Below, piece after piece: positions 10,215-19,034 of a stretch of DNA of 64,000 bases. Both the position numbers and the translations under genes were made by a program. The notes beneath the pieces were generated by a model that made no database searches, was not told the origin of the DNA, and saw only the letters and a program-made list of their open reading frames with translations. How positions within the stretch are numbered: the first letter of the stretch is position 1; every line of letters begins with the position of its first letter. The DNA comes from Myxococcales bacterium (GTDB taxonomy: Bacteria > Myxococcota_A > Polyangia > Polyangiales > DASUME01): the NCBI GenBank assembly GCA_047601445.1, contig JASGJH010000001.1:7680001-7744000 (forward strand), written 5' to 3'.

Positions 10215-10270
10215 GCTGAGTCCGAGCTTGTCTCCGTGACCGCACGGGGCAATCGATCCATGCTCCCCGT

Positions 10271-11998
10271 GTGGTGCGCGACGCTCACCGAATCGGTGCC
10301 GACCTCCGTGAGATCGCGGCGCTCCTGGGGCTGTCCAAGGATGCCGCGCGCTTCAAGGCCAAGGCCTACGAGCAGGGTGCCCTGTTGGTGGACAGCGTGG
10401 GCGACGTGTTGGGCGAGCTCATCGGGAGCGGCAGCCTGATCGACGTGAAGGGCATCGGTCCGAGTCTGTGTCGGGACATCCAGGAGATCTGGCACACCGG
10501 CTGCTCTTCGCTGCTGCAGCGCCTGCGCGAGCAACATCCCCTAGGCACGGGGCAGCTGGCGCAGATCCCTGGTCTCACGGCGCGCCGCATCGGGGTGCTG
10601 CAGGAGAAGCTGCACGTGACCTCGGTGGCGATGTTGGAAGAACTCTGTCGCAAGCACGAGGTGCGAGGGCTGCCGGGCTTCGGTGCGCGGGTCGAGGAGC
10701 GCGTGCTTGCGGGCATCGAGGCGGCGCGCAAGCCACGGAGGGGTCCGATTCGGCTGCGGCTCGCGGAGGCGTTGGGGCTGGCAGAGCGCCTGCGCGAGGA
10801 GCTGCAGCAGGCGCTTCCGAGCGCGCAGGTCGAACTCTCCGGGGGCGTGCGTCGTCGCGACGAACTGGTGGACGAGATCGCGCTCGTGATCGTGGGGGCC
10901 GAGGAGAGCGCCGCGCTGGACGCGGTGGCTGGCCTGAGCTCGGTGATCTACTTGAATCGTGCGCGCTGCCAGGCGCGCCTGAGCGACGGCATCGGCCTCA
11001 GCGTGTACCTCGCGCCATCGGAGAGTGCGGGGGCGGGTAGGGTGCGCGCGAGCAGCACCGGCGAGCACTGGGCGGCCCTCGTGGAGCGCGCCCGTGAACG
11101 CGGTCTGGCCTTGCAGGTAGATGGCCTCTACGACCACGGACAGCGCTTGCCCCAGAGCGGCGACGAAGCCGGGCTGTATGCGACGCTCGGGCTGCCGGCC
11201 ATCCCCGCGGAGCTGCGCGGACCGTGGCAAGCGCCGGGCGAGCTATTCGCTCGCGACACCTTCGACGATCTCTTGAGCGAGCAGGACGTGCGCGGCGCGG
11301 TGCACTGCCACACCACCTACTCGGATGGGCGCAACAGCATCGAGGAGATGGCGCTGGCGGCCGAGGCGCTCGGGCTCGAATACATCACCATCACCGACCA
11401 CTCGCCCCTCGCCAGCTATGCAGGCGGCGTGACCCTCGACCGGCTCGCCCGCCAGTGGGACGAGATCGCCGAGGTCCAGGCGCGCGTGAAGATCAGGATC
11501 CTGCGCGGCACCGAGTCGGACATCTTGGCCGACGGTGCGCTCGACTACCCGGATTCCGTGCTGGCCCAGTTCGACGTGATCATCGCCAGCATTCACGGGC
11601 GCTTCGGCATGGGACGCCGCGAGATGACCGAGCGTTTGGTGCGCGCCATGGAGCAGCCGGTCTTCAAGATTTGGGGTCACGCATTGGGGCGCTTGCTGCT
11701 GGAGCGGGAACCCTTCGAGTGCGACGTGGAAGCCGTGTTGGACGCGTTGGCGCGCTCGCGCGGTGCGGTCGAGATCAACGGTGATCCCTACCGTCTCGAC
11801 CTGCCGCCGGAGTGGGTTCCCCACGCGCGCAAGCGGGGAATTCCGTTCGTGGTCTCGGTGGACGCCCATTCGACCCAGGGCCTCAACGTACTGCCCTACG
11901 CGGTGATGATGGCGCGCCGCGGTGGCCTGAGACGCGACGAGGTCCTCAATACGCGTTCGGTGGAGGCGTTCATGGCCCAGGTGAGGCCCGGGACTTAG
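10271..11998 (+). CDS. polX: PolX family protein with PHP domain; polymerase active site appears degenerate
   Basis: HhH motifs (VKGIGP, LPGFG), IPAELR, intact PHP motifs HCHTTYSDG, TDH, ESDI, GH, DAH. Confidence 0.88.
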   Translation: MVRDAHRIGADLREIAALLGLSKDAARFKAKAYEQGALLVDSVGDVLGELIGSGSLIDVKGIGPSLCRDIQEIWHTGCSSLLQRLREQHPLGTGQLAQIPGLTARRIGVLQEKLHVTSVAMLEELCRKHEVRGLPGFGARVEERVLAGIEAARKPRRGPIRLRLAEALGLAERLREELQQALPSAQVELSGGVRRRDELVDEIALVIVGAEESAALDAVAGLSSVIYLNRARCQARLSDGIGLSVYLAPSESAGAGRVRASSTGEHWAALVERARERGLALQVDGLYDHGQRLPQSGDEAGLYATLGLPAIPAELRGPWQAPGELFARDTFDDLLSEQDVRGAVHCHTTYSDGRNSIEEMALAAEALGLEYITITDHSPLASYAGGVTLDRLARQWDEIAEVQARVKIRILRGTESDILADGALDYPDSVLAQFDVIIASIHGRFGMGRREMTERLVRAMEQPVFKIWGHALGRLLLEREPFECDVEAVLDALARSRGAVEINGDPYRLDLPPEWVPHARKRGIPFVVSVDAHSTQGLNVLPYAVMMARRGGLRRDEVLNTRSVEAFMAQVRPGT

Positions 11999-12080
11999 GC
12001 GAGCTCGGCCATTGCCGAATGTGACGCGTGTCTACTCTTCCTGAGAGGCGACGGAGGGTCGCGAAAGGAGACAGAGAGCC

Positions 12081-12209
12081 ATGGAACGCAATCGCGAGGA
12101 TCTCGCAGAGAAGCAAAGCGGGCGCGTGCTCGTGCCGGCGGTCTTGTGGATGGCGGGCGTCCCGTTCGGGCTGGTGCTCTTACTCTGGTTCTTCTTCTTC
12201 CGGGGCTAG
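12081..12209 (+). CDS. Small single-pass membrane protein (42 aa), not in the ORF track
   Basis: AAAGGAG RBS; MERNREDLAEKQSGRVLVPAVLWMAGVPFGLVLLLWFFFFRG*. Confidence 0.7.
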   Translation: MERNREDLAEKQSGRVLVPAVLWMAGVPFGLVLLLWFFFFRG

Positions 12210-12298
12210 ATCGGCGCAAGATTTTCCAAGTCGAGGGCGGCGGACGAGCCTATCTCGTGGGTGAACCCGGCAAGCACAATCAATCAGGAGGGGAACCC

Positions 12299-12694
12299 AT
12301 GGCTACGGTCGAACAAGAAATCTTCATCGACGTCCCGCGCGAGGTCGTCTGGGATGCGGTCAGGGACGTCGGTGCACTCCATACCAGGCTCGTGCCCGGC
12401 TTCGTGGTCGACACCAAGCTCGAGGGCGATTCGCGCCTGGTGACCTTCGGCAATGGCATGCAGGTGCGCGAGCCCATTCTCTCCGTGGACGGCGAGCGCT
12501 TTCGTCTGGCGTGGGGAGCCGAAGGAGGGGCACTCACGCACTACAACGCGGGCCTGCAGCTGTTTGCGGAGCACGGTGGGACGCGCGTGGTGTGGACGAG
12601 CGACCTCTTGCCCCACGCCATGGCCGATCAGGTCAGTGGCATGCAGAGAGAAGGACTACGCGTGATGAAACAAACGCTCGAGGAGAAGCGCTGA
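12299..12694 (+). CDS. SRPBCC (polyketide cyclase/dehydrase-like) family protein
   Basis: IDVPREVVWDAVRD, RLVTFGNG, GTRVVW; GGAGG RBS. Confidence 0.85.
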   Translation: MATVEQEIFIDVPREVVWDAVRDVGALHTRLVPGFVVDTKLEGDSRLVTFGNGMQVREPILSVDGERFRLAWGAEGGALTHYNAGLQLFAEHGGTRVVWTSDLLPHAMADQVSGMQREGLRVMKQTLEEKR

Positions 12695-12848
12695 ATTCGA
12701 GCGCGCTGCTCGCATAGACACTGCTAACTGGTGTGACCACTCCCGTCCATTCACGTTCGTGAGCTGGTGCGGATCGACGCGTGCGACCTTGGGTGCCATG
12801 GTTGGCCCCATTGCTTTCGCGCGCCCCCGCGCGCGCCGCCCGAGCCGT

Positions 12849-14069
12849 ATGACCCTCTCGAAGCCAAGCGCCCACATCGAGCACGCCGATCCTATCGAAG
12901 CCCTGGCCCATCAACAGTTGAGCGCCCTGGAACGCGCCGGCACCTTGCGAACCCTGCGCACCTTCGAGGGGCCCCTGGGCCCACGCATGCGGGTCGAGGG
13001 CCGCGAGGTGTTGATGTTCTCGAGCGGCAACTACCTGGATCTGGCTCACCACCCGGAGGTCGTGGCAGCGGCTGCCGAGGCGGCCCTCGGCGTGGGCACG
13101 GCGGCGAGCGGCTCGCGCCTGATCACCGGCAACTTGAGCTGTCATGACCTCCTCGAGCGCGAACTGGCGGAGTTCTTCGGCAAGCAAGCCGCCCTCGTGT
13201 TCAGCACCGGCTACATGCTGAACGTGGGGGTCATCCCGGCCCTGGTGGGGCCCTCGGACGTGGTGTTCTCGGATTCCCTCGTGCACGCCTCCATCATCGA
13301 CGGCGTGCGGCTCTCGCGGGCCGAGGTGGTGATCTTCCCTCACGGCGATGTGGATGGTCTGCGGGAACGGGTGCGTGAGCGCCAGGGGCGTGCGCGGCGC
13401 ATGCTGATCGTGGTGGACGGCGTGTACAGCATGGACGGGGATCTCGCGCCGCTCGCGGGCATCGCAGGAGTGGCCAGCGAGTTCGACGCGATGTTCATGG
13501 TGGACGACGCGCACGGCACGGGCACGCTCGGTAAGCTCGGTCAGGGCGCGGTGGAGCTCCACGACGTGCTGTCGCGCGTGGACATCTTGGCGGGTACGCT
13601 CGGCAAGGGGCTCGGCTCCTTCGGAGCGTTCTTGGTGGGCTCGCACAGGTTGCGTGATCTGCTGATCAACACGGCCCGCAGCTTCATCTTCTCGTGCGCT
13701 TTGCCTCCGCCCCAAGTGGAGGCTGCGCGCGCTGCGCTGCGCATCGTGCAGCGCGAGCCCTGGCGCAGACAGGCGCTGCAAGAGCGCGCCCAAACCCTGC
13801 GCATGCTGCTCCAGGCTGGCGGTCTGAGCACGGCCCCGAGCAACACGCACATCGTGCCGGTGATCCTGGGCGACAACGCGCGCACCATGACCGTCACCCG
13901 TGCCCTGCTCGAGCGCGGCTTTCACGCCCAGGGGATCCGCTATCCTTCGGTGCCGGAGGGCACGGCCCGCTTGCGGCTGACTCCCATGGCCACCCACACG
14001 GATCGAGAGGTCCGCGACCTGGCGGCCGCCGTGCTCGACGTCACGCGCAGCATTCCAGCAGCTGGTTGA
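12849..14069 (+). CDS. bioF: 8-amino-7-oxononanoate synthase (PLP-dependent alpha-oxoamine synthase family)
   Basis: FSSGNYL, GSRLITG, FSTGY, HASIIDG, YSMDGD, DDAHG, GTLGK, IRYPSVPEG. Confidence 0.82.
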   Translation: MTLSKPSAHIEHADPIEALAHQQLSALERAGTLRTLRTFEGPLGPRMRVEGREVLMFSSGNYLDLAHHPEVVAAAAEAALGVGTAASGSRLITGNLSCHDLLERELAEFFGKQAALVFSTGYMLNVGVIPALVGPSDVVFSDSLVHASIIDGVRLSRAEVVIFPHGDVDGLRERVRERQGRARRMLIVVDGVYSMDGDLAPLAGIAGVASEFDAMFMVDDAHGTGTLGKLGQGAVELHDVLSRVDILAGTLGKGLGSFGAFLVGSHRLRDLLINTARSFIFSCALPPPQVEAARAALRIVQREPWRRQALQERAQTLRMLLQAGGLSTAPSNTHIVPVILGDNARTMTVTRALLERGFHAQGIRYPSVPEGTARLRLTPMATHTDREVRDLAAAVLDVTRSIPAAG

Positions 14070-14134
14070 GCGGAAAATCCGCGTTCCGAGCTGCCTCCAT
14101 GGGACCGCCTCGAGGCCTGCGGTACACTGGCCAG

Positions 14135-14992
14135 ATGGGTGCGCGCACCATCTACCAGAGTCCCTCGCTGCGCGTCGACGACTACCGTTGCGGCGCTGCG
14201 CCCGGGGACCCCAGTTTTCCGGAGCAGCACCACACGCACTGCCTGGCCTTCGTGCGACGTGGCAGCTTCGGCTATCGGGTACGCGGCAAACCCCATCAGC
14301 TCGTCGCGGGGGCGCTGCTCGTGGGACGCAAGGGCGACGAGTTCGTGTGCACCCACGACCACCATTGCGGCGGAGACGAGTGCCTGTCGCTGCACCTTTC
14401 GGAGGAGCTGGCGGATCAAGTCGGCCAGCGGCTCTCCGTATTCGAGGTGGGCTGCGCGCCACCCTTGCCGGAGCTGATGGTATTGGGCGAGCTGGCCCAG
14501 GCAGCCGCCGAGGGCAGTAGCAGCCTCGCGGTGGAGGAGGCCGGCATGTTCCTGGCGGCACGTTTCGCGCAGCTCGTGAGCGACCGGCCTGCCAAGTCAT
14601 GCAGGGGCACCAGCGTGGACCGCCGGCGTGCGGTAGATGCCGCGCTCTGGCTCGACCAGCATGCGCATGAGGAAGTCGGGCTCGAGGATTTGGCGCGCGA
14701 GGCCGGCCTTAGCAGCTTCCATTTCCTGCGCATGTTCTCCAACGCACTCGGCGTGAGTCCGCACCAGTATCTGCTGCGGGTGCGCCTACGGCGGGCGGCG
14801 CGCCACTTGGCCGAGCGCGAGCTCTCGGTGACCGAGATCGCCTATGCGGTAGGCTTCTCGGACCTGTCGAACTTCGTGCGCACCTTCGGGCGAGCGGCGG
14901 GAATGACACCGAGCGCTTTTCGGGAGAGGGCTTGGGGGAAGAGGGTGGGCACTCAGACCAAGCCGTCCTCGGGGTCGAGAACGCATTCGTGA
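14135..14992 (+). CDS. AraC family transcriptional regulator
   Basis: Cupin N-terminus; LAREAGLSSFHFLRMF and IAYAVGFSDLSNFVRTF HTH motifs. Confidence 0.9.
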   Translation: MGARTIYQSPSLRVDDYRCGAAPGDPSFPEQHHTHCLAFVRRGSFGYRVRGKPHQLVAGALLVGRKGDEFVCTHDHHCGGDECLSLHLSEELADQVGQRLSVFEVGCAPPLPELMVLGELAQAAAEGSSSLAVEEAGMFLAARFAQLVSDRPAKSCRGTSVDRRRAVDAALWLDQHAHEEVGLEDLAREAGLSSFHFLRMFSNALGVSPHQYLLRVRLRRAARHLAERELSVTEIAYAVGFSDLSNFVRTFGRAAGMTPSAFRERAWGKRVGTQTKPSSGSRTHS

Positions 14993-14998
14993 CCGGCC

Positions 14999-15406
14999 CT
15001 ATGCTCCTCTCCCCACCCGCGCCTGAAGCGTATCGACGGCTTGCAGCAGCGCTCTTCGCGGCACGGGCTTGTTGAGCCAGTCGACCGCTCCCATCTTGCT
15101 GGCGGCGGTCTCGATGTCGAGGTGCGCCGACAGCAGGATCACGGGGATGTCTGCCCAGGCCGGGTCCGCCAGCTGGCGCTCGCGAAATTGCCAGCCATCC
15201 ATCACGGGCATGTTGAGGTCGAGCAGGATACCAAGGGGGCGACACGAGCCGCTGCGCAGGAATGCGAGGGCCTCGGCGCCATTGTCCGCCCTGCAGACCT
15301 TCCAGCCATGATCCTCCAATAGCTCTCCGATCACGTTGGAGACTGCCCGGTCGTCTTCGACGATCAGGATGCACGGCTTTTCGGCGCAGCACGGCTCACG
15401 CGTCAT
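14999..15406 (-). CDS. Single-domain response regulator (CheY-like)
   Basis: ILIVEDD, LLDLNMPVMDG, ILLSA, LNKP. Confidence 0.9.
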   Translation of the reverse strand: MTREPCCAEKPCILIVEDDRAVSNVIGELLEDHGWKVCRADNGAEALAFLRSGSCRPLGILLDLNMPVMDGWQFRERQLADPAWADIPVILLSAHLDIETAASKMGAVDWLNKPVPRRALLQAVDTLQARVGRGA

Positions 15407-16829
15407 GCTCACACCCGAGCGGCAGCGTCAGCGAGACGGCGCAGCCGCGCTCGCCCCGGCTCGCCACCGAGATGGCGCCAGCGTGGGCGTCGGCGATTTG
15501 CTTGGCCTTGAACAGACCGAGCCCGAGCCCCGCGTGATTGGCCATCGAGTCCAGGCGCCTCACACAGGAATGTTCGTCGACCAGCGCCATCCCTTCGTCG
15601 CAGACCTCCACGTGCGCAAACTCGTTGTGCCGGTGCAACGACACGCGCACCGGGCAGCCAGCGCCGAACTTCAGCGCATTGGACAACAGGGCGCGCAGGG
15701 CTTGCTCGATGAGCTCGCGGTCCCAGCTGCCCCTGAGTGGCTGCTCCGACGTCACGTAGATCGGACTATTGGCCCAGCGCGCCGCGCCCGCGAGCTTGGC
15801 GGTGACCGCCTGGACCGCGTCGGCGAGCTCGAACTCAGACAGCGTGAGCACCATGCTGCGGTCAGTCATGGTCGCCGCCAAGAGCTCATTGACCAGGGTA
15901 TTCAATGCACCGACGCTCGCCGCCGCGGCCGATACCTTGCCGGGTAAGCGCGCGTCCAGTTGCATTCCGTCTGCCTTGTCGGTGATGGCTTCGATGCTCT
16001 CCACCTGCAGGGTGAGGCTGGTCAACGGCGTGCGCAGCTCGTGTGCCGCTGTGGAGATGAACTCCTCGCGTGACTCGAGTGCCCGCCGCGTCTCCGCGAT
16101 CTGACGGTTGAGCTCCGAATAAAGTCGCACGTTCTCCATCGCCACCGAGGTCAGATCCGCGAGCGCCCGCAGCAAGGTCACTTCGGCGTCCGTGGCGCGG
16201 TGGTGTTGGGACCAGTAAATGCCGATGGCGCCCACCGGGTGGGCGGTTCGGATGGGGACCATCGCGAGGCTCGTCACGTAGGTGGCCCGATAGGCATCCA
16301 CCGGAACGCGTGAATCCTGGTAGATGTCTTCGATCACGGCAGCCTCGCGGTGCAGCATCGTCCAGCCGCTCACGCAGATACGCATGGGGAAGCGCGAGCC
16401 CTTCCAGAGCGGCTCGATCGATTCCTCGTCGGCATAGAAGCACAGGTCACCGTCGCGCAACACGAAGGACGCGCCGTCGGCCTGCGTGAGCTGGCGCGCC
16501 GAGTGTTTGACGATGGCCATCACATCGGAGAGTTCGCGAGCCGTGGAGAGTGTCTGCGCGACCTCGACCAGGTGTTGTGTCGCGTCGAGCTGGGAACGCA
16601 GGAGCGAGAGGTCGACGCTGTGCGCCTGGTGGTCAGCTAGGTGTGCGAGCGTCGAGCCCAAGACCCTTCCCTCCTCATCATTAACCTTACGGCGAAAATT
16701 CTGCGAGGTAAGGAAAAGATGCACAGCTCGCGTGAGTCGAGAGGAGACGCGCGCGAGATCGTCACGCCCGTCGCGAGCACGACTCGAGCCGGTCGCGGCT
16801 GGTGCAGACTCGGTCTGATGAATTCTCAA
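15396..16829 (-). CDS. GAF-domain sensor histidine kinase
   Basis: GAF domain, H-box AAHELRTPL, N-box LLSNALKF, GLGLGL. Start uncertain. Confidence 0.85.
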   Translation of the reverse strand: MRIHQTESAPAATGSSRARDGRDDLARVSSRLTRAVHLFLTSQNFRRKVNDEEGRVLGSTLAHLADHQAHSVDLSLLRSQLDATQHLVEVAQTLSTARELSDVMAIVKHSARQLTQADGASFVLRDGDLCFYADEESIEPLWKGSRFPMRICVSGWTMLHREAAVIEDIYQDSRVPVDAYRATYVTSLAMVPIRTAHPVGAIGIYWSQHHRATDAEVTLLRALADLTSVAMENVRLYSELNRQIAETRRALESREEFISTAAHELRTPLTSLTLQVESIEAITDKADGMQLDARLPGKVSAAAASVGALNTLVNELLAATMTDRSMVLTLSEFELADAVQAVTAKLAGAARWANSPIYVTSEQPLRGSWDRELIEQALRALLSNALKFGAGCPVRVSLHRHNEFAHVEVCDEGMALVDEHSCVRRLDSMANHAGLGLGLFKAKQIADAHAGAISVASRGERGCAVSLTLPLGCEHDA

Positions 16830-16944
16830 CCATGTCGATGCTCAGAAGCGCTGCGCGTACGGTCGCCATCGGTCGGAGATCTCGCTTGTGGACAGTGTCT
16901 GCTTCGGACGGGTGCAGATGGGGCGCACCTCAAGAGCAATCTCG

Positions 16945-17604
16945 TCAGGGACGCAGTCCTCGTAGCTGCAGCTCCAGCGAACCCCTGAGCACTGCGTCGC
17001 GCGCCGCTGGGATCGATGGCACGTGTCCGCTCACACCCGCCAACAAGGCTGCGAAGTAGAGCGCGAATAGGTTGTGCGCCGCTTGCATGGCCGGGACGTC
17101 CGCGCTGACTTCGCCTCGCACGGCGGCCTCGCGCACGAGCTCGGAGAGCCGATGCAGGAAGCCGAGCGTCATCGCGCGCAAGACCTGCCCGTTGGGTCCG
17201 CGCGCGGTGGGGAAGACGCGGATGAAGGAGAGTGCCAGCGCAGGATGCTCGCCGTACATCTCGAACAGCCCTCCGAACAGGTGCAGCAGTTGGACGAGCA
17301 GATCGCCGCGGCGAGGTAAGGTGGCGAACAGTCTGTCGACGGTCTCGCGCAGGCGGTCGTGCATCACCATGCACAGGAGGTCGTCCTTGTCGCTGGCGTA
17401 GAGGAAGAGCGTGCCCTTGGCGACCTCCGCCCGAGCCGCGACCTGCGCCATGGTGGCGGCCTCGAAACCCTCGGCCAGAAACAGCGCAAAGGCGGCGTCG
17501 CGGATGCGCTCTCGCTTGTCGAGCTTGTTGCGCTCGCGCGCGGAAAGCGCCGGAATCGCTGGGCTTTGAGTGCGCTTTCTCGGCTTTGTTTTGACCGCGG
17601 TCAT
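16945..17604 (-). CDS. TetR/AcrR family transcriptional regulator
   Basis: RERNK...RIRDAA..LF..GFEAATM..VA..AEVAKGTLFLY. Confidence 0.92.
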   Translation of the reverse strand: MTAVKTKPRKRTQSPAIPALSARERNKLDKRERIRDAAFALFLAEGFEAATMAQVAARAEVAKGTLFLYASDKDDLLCMVMHDRLRETVDRLFATLPRRGDLLVQLLHLFGGLFEMYGEHPALALSFIRVFPTARGPNGQVLRAMTLGFLHRLSELVREAAVRGEVSADVPAMQAAHNLFALYFAALLAGVSGHVPSIPAARDAVLRGSLELQLRGLRP

Positions 17605-17666
17605 CTAGGTCACCCGAAGATACCCTTGACTCCTGAGGCCATCAAACCAATATATGACCGCGGTCA
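17592..17666. promoter_or_regulatory. Two identical 12-bp palindromic operators TGACCGCGGTCA (17592-17603, 17655-17666) around a sigma-70-like promoter
   Basis: The perfect palindrome occurs twice: one overlaps the tetR start codon, the other abuts an AT-rich -10-like box downstream of TTGACT (17626). Confidence 0.8.
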
Positions 17667-17675
17667 GTTTTTTGG

Positions 17676-18311
17676 ATGGCCAAGGAGAGCCCGATGAATG
17701 GCAATGACGCCTACCCTGACGCATGGAACATGCTCGAGGCACGCGCGCGCTACTTCGAGCGCAACGGCTTCGGCGAGGGCGGCGGCTACGACGAGCCCTA
17801 CGTGGACTTCAAGCTAGGTCCGCTCGCGTTCCGGTTCCCCAACACCGAGGGCCGTTTGCGCGCGGTGCGCTACCACGACCTGCATCACGTGGTTACTGGT
17901 TACCAGACCGACGCGCGCGGTGAGTTCGAGATCTCAGCCTGGGAGATCGGCGCTGGCTGCAAGGGGTTCTTCGCGGCCTGGGTCTTGAATCTGGGCGGGT
18001 TCGCGGGCGGCGTGTTCAGCATTCCCAGGCGCACCTGGCGCGCGTTCGTGCGCGGACGGCGTAGCCGCACCCTCTACGGCGAGGAACTCGCCACGTTGCT
18101 CGCGGAGAACGTGGGCCAGGTGCGAGCGCGCACCGGCGTCGAGCCCGCCGAGAGTGTGGTCAGGATGCGTGCCTCGGACGCCGTCTGGTTCGTCGCGTTC
18201 GCGTGGCTCGGCCTGGTGATCGGGCTAGCCCTTTCGGTCGTCGGAGCCGTCCTGGCTCTGCCTTTGCTTTTGGCCAGGGGGGTACGGGGAACATCGGGGC
18301 TCAAGGCGTGA
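17676..18311 (+). CDS. Coq4-like HDxxH metal-binding membrane-anchored protein
   Basis: HDLHHVVTGY..D..GE.EI motif; C-terminal TM helix. Start 17676 or 17694. Confidence 0.6.
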   Translation: MAKESPMNGNDAYPDAWNMLEARARYFERNGFGEGGGYDEPYVDFKLGPLAFRFPNTEGRLRAVRYHDLHHVVTGYQTDARGEFEISAWEIGAGCKGFFAAWVLNLGGFAGGVFSIPRRTWRAFVRGRRSRTLYGEELATLLAENVGQVRARTGVEPAESVVRMRASDAVWFVAFAWLGLVIGLALSVVGAVLALPLLLARGVRGTSGLKA

Positions 18312-18786
18312 CCCGCAGCGCCAGGTGAGCGCGAATCTCGCCCAGGTTCGACTGTTGCGTGACCTCGAACGCATAGGGCCCTGGTGCCACCACCACGGCC
18401 ATCAACGCATCGGGAGGGCCACCACTCACGTGATAGGTACAGCGTGCACCCGAGCAGCACGCTGGAGCTAGCGCACGGCGGGCTTCGCGATTCCTGAATA
18501 GCTTGGTCAGGCGCGGCGCGTCGATGTCGAAGCCGAACGTGGGATCGATGGTGGCGGGCAGCGGCAGCGCGGCGCGCGCCACACCGCCGTGGAGCTGCGA
18601 GAACACGGTGGTGCTCAGCACGTGCTCGTTGCGCCTTTGCAGGTCACTCATCTCGAGCCACAGGACGCCGAGCAAGCACAGCAGCACGCACAGCGCGAGC
18701 CGCAGGTTCCAGTTCGCGAAGACACGGCTGGTGATGGGTTGGTGCGTGGAGCGCAACGGGAGGCGCCACTGCGCGAAGCGTGCCAC
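18301..18786 (-). CDS. Hypothetical membrane-anchored protein
   Basis: N-terminal hydrophobic helix. True start may be TTG 18756, just after a predicted sigma-54 promoter. Confidence 0.5.
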   Translation of the reverse strand: MARFAQWRLPLRSTHQPITSRVFANWNLRLALCVLLCLLGVLWLEMSDLQRRNEHVLSTTVFSQLHGGVARAALPLPATIDPTFGFDIDAPRLTKLFRNREARRALAPACCSGARCTYHVSGGPPDALMAVVVAPGPYAFEVTQQSNLGEIRAHLALRVTP

Positions 18787-18898
18787 CGGCGTGAAGCGTA
18801 AAAACCGGCCTCGACCACGGAGTCACGACGGTCTCGAAACGCCTCGTCAACAGTGCTTGGGGAATTGCCCCCCAGTGCGGCCGAGGAGAATCTCCCCA
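18770..18898 (-). promoter_or_regulatory. Putative sigma-54 promoter (18770-18785) with tandem 17-bp upstream activator sites (18858-18874, 18882-18898)
   Basis: TGGCACGCTTCGCGCA (GG-N10-GC); TGGGG-N7-CCCCA and CGAGG-N7-CCCCA. Confidence 0.5.
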
Positions 18899-19034
18899 CG
18901 TCCCGATTCTCAGCGCTATCAAATCCGCTTCCGTATTCGGGCTGGCTTTTCCGCCTCGAGCGGGATCCGAAGCGGCACCCATGACGTCTTGGAGTCACGC
19001 GTACGAACGACCGTCGGTCTTTCTCGGGGTGCCC

